Translations under genes and position numbers: made by a program
Shown: positions 1 through 4,553 of the stretch, one piece after another
Position numbering within the stretch: position 1 is the stretch's first letter
Layout: every line of letters begins with the position of its first letter
DNA from: Zygophlyctis sp. KS116
Lineage: Eukaryota > Fungi > Chytridiomycota
Direction of reading: 5' to 3'
Assembly: GCA_054661495.1 (NCBI GenBank)
Contig: BAAFSQ010000456.1
Coordinates: 1 to 6,013 of the forward strand
DNA: 6,013 bases
The notes under the pieces: generated by a model
The model's input: only the letters and a program-made list of their open reading frames with translations
What the model was told of the DNA's origin: nothing
Database searches by the model: none

Positions 1-100
1 GCAATGAACACACCCTTCGCCTTTTACTAAGGATGTCAGTGTGCAAGAGCTACAAAGCGTATTTAGTAATTTTTCTATAAGCATTGCCCCGCACGGGGTT
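1..100 (+). ncRNA. U5: U5 snRNA copy 1 (subtype A; about 15 nt of the 5' end lie before the window start)
   Basis: Loop I GCCTTTTAC at 19-27 inside CCCTT-CGCCTTTTACT-AAGGA, matching the human U5 context UCUUUCGCCUUUUACUAAAGA. Sm-like AATTTTTC at 68-75. 3' hairpin GCCCC-GCAC-GGGGT at 86-99. Nearly identical to copy 2 at an offset of 234. Confidence 0.92.
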
Positions 101-120
101 TTAAAGGTTGTCATAATCTA

Positions 121-196
121 CCCTAAGCCTAAACATGTGTTTTAAAATTCCACCACAATCAAAGAATTTTGATCAACCGCAGCATTTGCAAATAAA
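121..196 (+). promoter_or_regulatory. Candidate snRNA promoter of U5 copy 2
   Basis: CCCTAAGCCTAAAC at 121-134, CCACAA at 153-158 (-67), CGCAGC at 178-183 (-42), AAATAAA at 190-196 (-30). The same motifs occur in the same order upstream of copy 4 in an otherwise dissimilar spacer. Confidence 0.55.
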
Positions 197-219
197 TAGA
201 GAACGGTCGCCCAATTGCA

Positions 220-334
220 ATACGCAGCTTTTGCGCAATGAACACACCCTTCGCCTTTTACTAAGGATGTCAGTGTGCAAGAGCTACAAAGCGTATTTAG
301 TAATTTTTCTAAAAGCATTGCCCCGCACGGGGTT
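220..334 (+). ncRNA. U5: U5 snRNA copy 2 (subtype A, complete, about 115 nt)
   Basis: Folds as U5: stem Ia ATACGC/GCGTAT, stem Ib AGCTTTTGCGCA/TGTGCAAGAGCT (12 bp including G-U), stem Ic ACACCCTT/AAGGATGT (one mismatch). Loop I GCCTTTTAC at 253-261, Sm-like AATTTTTC at 302-309, 3' hairpin at 320-333. Starts with AUAC like human U5. Ends are approximate. Confidence 0.94.
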
Positions 335-367
335 TGAAAGTTCGTCATGAAGTATTTCTTAGATGGG

Positions 368-481
368 ATACGCGATTTTTGCACAATGAACACACCCTTC
401 GCCTTTTACTAAGGATGTCAGTGTGCAAGAGTCATAAAGCGTATTTATTAATTTTTCATCAGCTTGACCCAAAATGGGCTT
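368..481 (+). ncRNA. U5: U5 snRNA copy 3 (subtype B; upstream motifs deleted, so possibly unexpressed or co-transcribed)
   Basis: Stem Ia ATACGC/GCGTAT, stem Ib GATTTTTGCACA/TGTGCAAGAGTC, loop I at 401-409, Sm-like AATTTTTC at 450-457, weak 3' hairpin CCCA-AAA-TGGG at 468-478. Begins only about 33 nt after copy 2. Confidence 0.88.
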
Positions 482-500
482 GAAAGTTGCATCGATTGTG

Positions 501-568
501 CCCTAAGCCTAAACTTACCTCCCTCCCACAAGGGAGCTTATTCTTATAACGCAGCTCTCTAAAATAAA
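501..568 (+). promoter_or_regulatory. Candidate snRNA promoter of U5 copy 4
   Basis: CCCTAAGCCTAAAC at 501-514, CCACAA at 526-531 (-65), CGCAGC at 550-555 (-41), AAATAAA at 562-568 (-29). Confidence 0.55.
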
Positions 569-590
569 CATGAAGTATTTCTTAGATGGG

Positions 591-718
591 ATACGCGATT
601 TTTGCGCAATGAACACACCCTTCGCCTTTTACTAAGGATGTCAGTGTGCAAGAGTCATAAAGCGTACTTACTAATTTTTTCACCACAAACAACCTCCCAT
701 TACGCATGGTGTGGTTGC
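591..718 (+). ncRNA. U5: U5 snRNA copy 4 (subtype B with a different, longer 3' stem-loop)
   Basis: Stem Ib GATTTTTGCGCA/TGTGCAAGAGTC, loop I at 624-632, Sm-like AATTTTTTC at 673-681. 3' hairpin CAACC..CCAT-TACGC-ATGG..GGTTG at 690-717. The 3' end is approximate. Confidence 0.9.
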
Positions 719-720
719 AT

Positions 721-735
721 AATAATAATAATAAT
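721..735 (+). repeat. (AAT)5 microsatellite directly after U5 copy 4
   Basis: AATAATAATAATAAT read directly from the sequence. Confidence 0.7.
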
Positions 736-838
736 TTTTAACCTAAACCTAACCAATATTTTGGCTTGTTTATACATACTTTATTATTTTTTGAGACTTA
801 TCTCGATTGCTAAAATTCATTCAATTTTAAATGATTTA

Positions 839-1820
839 TTACATAAGTAGCGGTGCTAATAATCTTTTATAAAACTTCATTGATTCAAGGAGCTTCACAT
901 CATCCTTTAAGATGCTTTCTCCGCAGCATTCCCGTAAAAGAACTAATGATTTATGATACACTGCTAGATTGTGCTCGCGATCAACAGAAATCCTCCATGA
1001 TTCAGCAATGCTTGACAATATAATTCCTCTGTATTCTGGAATCCTAAAACTCAATTAATTATAAGTACCTGGCCCAGCAATACTCCATAACAATGTTTAA
1101 CACACTTAATGCAATTCTTATTGTGTCTAAAGTAGCAGACACCATTAAAACATCCGCAATGTTCACCAGAAATGTCTAAGATTATAAGAGATCTTAAATA
1201 CCTTTGTAAATTGAATAGATAAAATCCCCAGAGCAGGAATTATGCGAAAGAAGGCTTTTAAGAAAATCTAGAATTAGTTTTCCTGAATATATTACATTTT
1301 GAACTTGATCATTTACTCCTAAAGAGTAGACAAGACCTCGTACAATACCATCATTTATCGCCTTTTCTAATTCATCTGTTGAACAATATATTTCTATTAT
1401 ATCCAGCATTAAATCCAGAGAAACTTGAACTAGTTCCGGGTTAGAGTGATAAGTGAGACAAGAATTCAAATCTTTTAAGAACAATTCAGTCAGTCCCGTT
1501 TTCTCCAAATCTTGAGCTTTCCCGATTACAATCCGCAAGAAATCAATTCCCATAATTTTGTACTTGATTTCATAGTCTTGAATTAAAGTGATTACAGGCG
1601 GAAATAATAAATGCTGTACTGAACCAAAATCCGATTTATGAATTTGATTGAGAGTTTCTCTTAAAATCTGTAAAATCTCATCATTCTTCCAACCTTGATC
1701 AACTTCCAGTTCCATTGGGGGATCAAAGATGCCATTTGAACCTTTTGTCCTAACAAAAAAAGGTTTGACCTTTGAGTTATAAACACTAATGATCTGACTA
1801 ATGTCTTCTGAATGTGGCAT
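839..1820 (-). CDS. TTI2: TTT complex subunit Tti2-like protein, about 300 aa, 4 exons: 1820-1296, 1267-1202, 1175-1069, 1043-839
   Basis: LLFPPVITLIQDYEIKYKIMG resembles the Tti2 motif (PPxLTLxDDY..YK..G), and LEKTGLTELFLKDLNSCLTY also fits. Removing three GT-AG introns (28, 26, 25 nt) joins ORFs 1194-1820 and 839-1054 and gives ...IIPALGILSIQFTK TFLVNIADVL...IVMEYCWARIPEYRGIIL, which includes the CWPRI-like Tti2 motif. The spliced frame is 903 nt with no internal stop. Confidence 0.8.
1044..1068 (-). other. Spliceosomal intron, 25 nt (TTI2 intron 3)
   Basis: GTACTTATAATTAATTGAGTTTTAG, phase 2; removal restores the CWARI motif. Confidence 0.85.
1176..1201 (-). other. Spliceosomal intron, 26 nt (TTI2 intron 2)
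   Basis: GTATTTAAGATCTCTTATAATCTTAG, phase 0; removal restores the open frame. Confidence 0.8.
1268..1295 (-). other. Spliceosomal intron, 28 nt (TTI2 intron 1)
   Basis: GTAATATATTCAGGAAAACTAATTCTAG, phase 0, with branch-like ACTAAT. Confidence 0.8.
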
Positions 1821-1945
1821 TGGGCAATACTAGCAGATTGAACCTACAGATTAAGACCTACAGATAAGTTCCAAAAAAAATTTTCAGGTTAAAGCATGTC
1901 AAAGCAGTCATTTTTTACTTGGAAAAAGATCCGAAAAATCTCCTA

Positions 1946-2930
1946 ATGTTTAAATCTCTAGTAATAAATGAAATTCTAGATAAAATTCCTATACCGGAAC
2001 AAGAGGAAGCTCTTCATCAGATTGGATTTAATTTAATTTCACAGATTGAAGAATTGCAATTAGAATTAGAATCACTAGAGATTCTCACAATGGAAAATGT
2101 AATTTAAGGAATTTAAAGTCAGTCGAGCAGAAATTTGAAGGACTTTAGTAAATCGATGATAATAAGGAAGATTGGATTGCTATTAGAAGAAATGTCAAGT
2201 GTAAGATTTAATTTTAAAAAATTAGAAATTTCCAAAAGAGAGGATAGATGATGATAAAATGGTTGAATTTGTTAAAGTATCGATAGAGCTGGAAGAATTA
2301 TCACGGGATTTGAAAAATTCCAAATTGTCACTTGATCTGAAAGACATGACAAATATATCCGAAATCAGGTAATAATTGCTAATTTATGATAGGAATTTCC
2401 TGATTCAAGAAAAAGAAAAATTGTACAATTGCATTCAAAAAAGGCAATTGAATTTACAAAATTCATTCAATGAATATTCTATTCAAGAATTAAAATTGTT
2501 TGCTGATCAGTTAGAATCTAGAATGAAAGGACTAGATGCAATCAATGGATTTGAAGACTCTGAGGTTCTGGATTTGAAAACTTTGAATGAATGCAAGGAT
2601 TATCAAGAAAATAGTTCAGATCAAGAATTATCCGACATGTTTAAAGAATTTAAATTACTGGATAGACGGATAGATCTACCAAATATGAAATCAAAAATCT
2701 TTGAAACAGATAAATCAAATTTACTTTTACCGACTCCCCCTAAAAACCCAAGACTTTCTCTACGACCTCTTAAACCATTACGATCACAAACATATCCAAT
2801 GCCCACAAATCCCTTAAAGTCAAACCATCTACAACCTCTAAAAATTAAAACTCCAACAAGGCCTCTCAGTCAAGCTCCATCAAAAACACAATTGCGTTCT
2901 AGGTACTATCAACCTTTAAAAACGAGTTGA
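1946..2930 (+). CDS. Coiled-coil protein resembling CCDC24, about 303 aa, 4 exons: 1946-2098, 2123-2200, 2226-2368, 2393-2930
   Basis: Three GT-AG introns (24, 25, 24 nt) join ORFs 1919-2107 and 2376-2930 into one 912-nt frame. The blocks SLVINEILDKIPIPEQEEALHQIGFNLISQIEELQLELESL, KSMIIRKIGLLLEEM, SEIRNFLIQEKEKL and SIQELKLFADQLE follow the order of the CCDC24 domain blocks as I recall them. The tail is Pro/Lys/Ser-rich and probably disordered. The gene model is firmer than the family call. Confidence 0.65.
2099..2122 (+). other. Spliceosomal intron, 24 nt
   Basis: GTAATTTAAGGAATTTAAAGTCAG, phase 0, contains an in-frame TAA. Confidence 0.75.
2201..2225 (+). other. Spliceosomal intron, 25 nt
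   Basis: GTAAGATTTAATTTTAAAAAATTAG, phase 0. Confidence 0.8.
2369..2392 (+). other. Spliceosomal intron, 24 nt
   Basis: GTAATAATTGCTAATTTATGATAG, phase 2, with branch-like GCTAAT and in-frame TAA TAA. Confidence 0.8.
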
Positions 2931-2940
2931 AGTTTACATG

Positions 2941-3768
2941 TTAAAATTTATTAAATATTTCTGTTTGTACTTGTAATCTATCCCATGGACATAATGTAAA
3001 ATCATGTGTTTTCAAGTTTTCCAAACATTTCATACAAATTTCATGTCCACAAGGTCTAAATACTACTTGTACAATACTATCAAAACATAAATTACATTGA
3101 TTATCCGCCAAATCCAGTTTCTTTTTGTGATAATCCCTTTCTATTTCTAAAAGTTCCTGATCTAAGCTAGAAATTTCCTGCATTAGTTTTAATTTCTTTT
3201 CATTGATTTTTTTGACTTTTAAATTAAAATTTCCTTCTAGATCTTGCAATTCTTTAAATGATTTATGATTGTCCGATTCGTTCTTGTCCGGATGAATTTC
3301 ATTGAGAGACTTTGGTGTAAAATCAGGCCTAGGACTAAAACTTGAAGTGACTCTAGGTTTTGGTGGATACGTAGGTTGACAAGGGCTGATTGTTTCAAAT
3401 TCTTTCAAGAGAGAATTTAAATCTACACAACTAAACTGTAGATAAACTTGAGAATCTAATTTTAAATTGAGTAAATCCTGTTCGGATTCTGGATCTTTTT
3501 TCAATCCAATTTCCAAAATCTTTTCCCAAGTTATATTTAATCGTGATATTCCATCAAAACAAAGTCCAAGAGTTCCAGGAAAGAGTTTTCCAACTCCCAA
3601 TGAATAAAAATTGTAAAAAAGACAAACATCAAATTCCACATTTATAAGATTTTTGCAAATTTCAGTTTCTTTACTAGAATATTTTTCTAGAATTTTAAAT
3701 TTGTTTTCTATTTCAAAAGTAGACTCAAAAGATGTAAATCCAAATACATCGTCTTCCTCTTGAAACAT
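2941..3768 (-). CDS. RING-HC finger protein (putative E3 ubiquitin ligase) with a coiled coil and a possible degenerate N-terminal GRAM/PH-like domain, 275 aa
   Basis: C-terminal CNLC-x11-CGHEICMKC-x11-CPWD RING pattern, preceded by a heptad-rich coiled coil (KVKKINEKKLKLMQEISSLDQELLEIE) and a Pro/Ser linker. ATG at 3768, TAA at 2943-2941. Confidence 0.8.
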   Translation of the reverse strand: MFQEEDDVFGFTSFESTFEIENKFKILEKYSSKETEICKNLINVEFDVCLFYNFYSLGVGKLFPGTLGLCFDGISRLNITWEKILEIGLKKDPESEQDLLNLKLDSQVYLQFSCVDLNSLLKEFETISPCQPTYPPKPRVTSSFSPRPDFTPKSLNEIHPDKNESDNHKSFKELQDLEGNFNLKVKKINEKKLKLMQEISSLDQELLEIERDYHKKKLDLADNQCNLCFDSIVQVVFRPCGHEICMKCLENLKTHDFTLCPWDRLQVQTEIFNKF

Positions 3769-3798
3769 TTTTCGTGTCCAAGGGTACGGTCAGTGGTA

Positions 3799-4474
3799 AT
3801 GGTAAAATCAACAATAATCGCTCGAGTCGTTGATGGATTGCCTCTTGCAGCGTCAATGGATGATGAGGAATCTGTAGATTTGACAGAATATAAAACACAA
3901 GCAAAACAACTATTTAAAAGGCTAGCGTATGAAACTGAACAACGCTGTACAATTGAAAGTTTGCCATTTGTTTTTCATTATTTAATTGAATTTGGTGTTT
4001 GTTATCTTGTATTGTGTGATAAATCTTATCCAAAAAAATTGGCTTTTGCTTATTTAGAAGAAATACAAAAGGAATTTCATTCAAAGTATGGAGGAGAAGT
4101 TGGAACTGTCGCAAGACCGTATGCTTTTGTAAAGTTTGATTCTTTCATTCAAAAAGCGAAAAAGTCTTACAAGGATGCAAGAGCTTCTAGAAATTTACAA
4201 AAATTAAATGAGGATTTGAATGATGTAACGAGAATTATGACTAAAAATATTCAAGATGTTTTGGGAAGGGGAGAGGCACTAGATAGTAAGTTTTTATTTA
4301 AATAAGGAAATAGAAATGCAAACAATGTCTTCAAACTTGTCAATTAATTCTAAAAAATACTTGAAAGATACTAAAAAGTTGCATTGGCAAGCATTGTATC
4401 AGAAATATGGACCTCCAGCAATAGTTATTTCTGTTGTTTTATTGGTTTTATATATTAGAATGTATTGGTGGTAG
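3799..4474 (+). CDS. SEC22: R-SNARE Sec22 (longin domain + SNARE motif + TM anchor), 215 aa, exons 3799-4285 and 4314-4474
   Basis: MVKSTIIARVVDGLPLAASMDD, SYPKKLAFAYLEE, RPYAFVKFDSFIQK and DVTRIMTKNIQDVLGRGEALD are typical of Sec22. Removing a 28-nt intron gives KMQTMSSNLSINSKKYLKDTKKLHWQALYQKYGPPAIVISVVLLVLYIRMYWW*. The real start is the ATG at 3799, not the TTG at 3760. Confidence 0.97.
4286..4313 (+). other. Spliceosomal intron, 28 nt (SEC22)
   Basis: GTAAGTTTTTATTTAAATAAGGAAATAG, phase 1. Its removal is required to restore the SNARE C-terminus and TM segment. Confidence 0.93.
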
Positions 4475-4553
4475 GAAATAAAACTCGTAAAATTTTGGGA
4501 TTTATTCAATTTTAGTTACGATAGACTATAAAGTAAAAAGGAGCTGTAAAGTT

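Larger units (their letters stand above)
1..754 (+). repeat. Tandem array of at least 4 U5 gene units (periods 234, 148 and 223 nt); may continue left of the window
   Basis: The core CAATGAACACACCCTTCGCCTTTTACTAAGGATGTCAGTGTGCAAGAG is identical in all four units, while the spacers diverge. Confidence 0.95.

Noticed and set aside
184-193. Octamer-like palindrome ATTTGCAAAT as an snRNA distal element
   Set aside because: It is an imperfect match, is absent upstream of copy 4, and the Oct-1 element is a vertebrate feature located much further upstream.
513-560. U1 snRNA (ACTTACCT at 513-520 matches the U1 5' end, followed by small hairpins)
   Set aside because: No U1-70K loop, U1A loop or Sm site follows, only about 75 nt remain before U5 copy 4, and an 8-mer match can arise by chance.
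1-720. CRISPR-like repeat-spacer array
   Set aside because: The repeats are about 90-115 nt, fold as U5 snRNA and carry the invariant loop I. The spacers share motifs, there are no cas genes, and the context is eukaryotic with introns.
121-754. Telomere or subtelomeric repeat tract (CCCTAA)
   Set aside because: There are only isolated 14-nt words at a fixed position in each unit and no tandem TTAGGG run.
786-804. Sm-like ATTTTTTG followed by the hairpin GAGA-CTTA-TCTC as a further small RNA
   Set aside because: The stem is only 4 bp in very AT-rich DNA that is probably the TTI2 3' UTR, and there is no recognisable snRNA body upstream.
135-850. ORFs 135-350 (+), 142-393 (-) and 602-850 (+)
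   Set aside because: They are chance frames across U5 genes and AT-rich spacer. The repeated peptide simply reflects the RNA gene repeat, and the substitutions conserve base pairing rather than codons.
1896-1946. ATG at 1896 as the start of the CCDC24-like gene
   Set aside because: That frame stops after 16 codons and I found no GT-AG intron of the local type that rescues it. It may be a uORF or lie upstream of the TSS.
2621-2806. 61-aa minus-strand ORF
   Set aside because: It is an antisense shadow of the Pro-rich tail of the plus-strand gene.
3914-4114. 66-aa minus-strand ORF
   Set aside because: It is antisense to the well-conserved SEC22 coding sequence.
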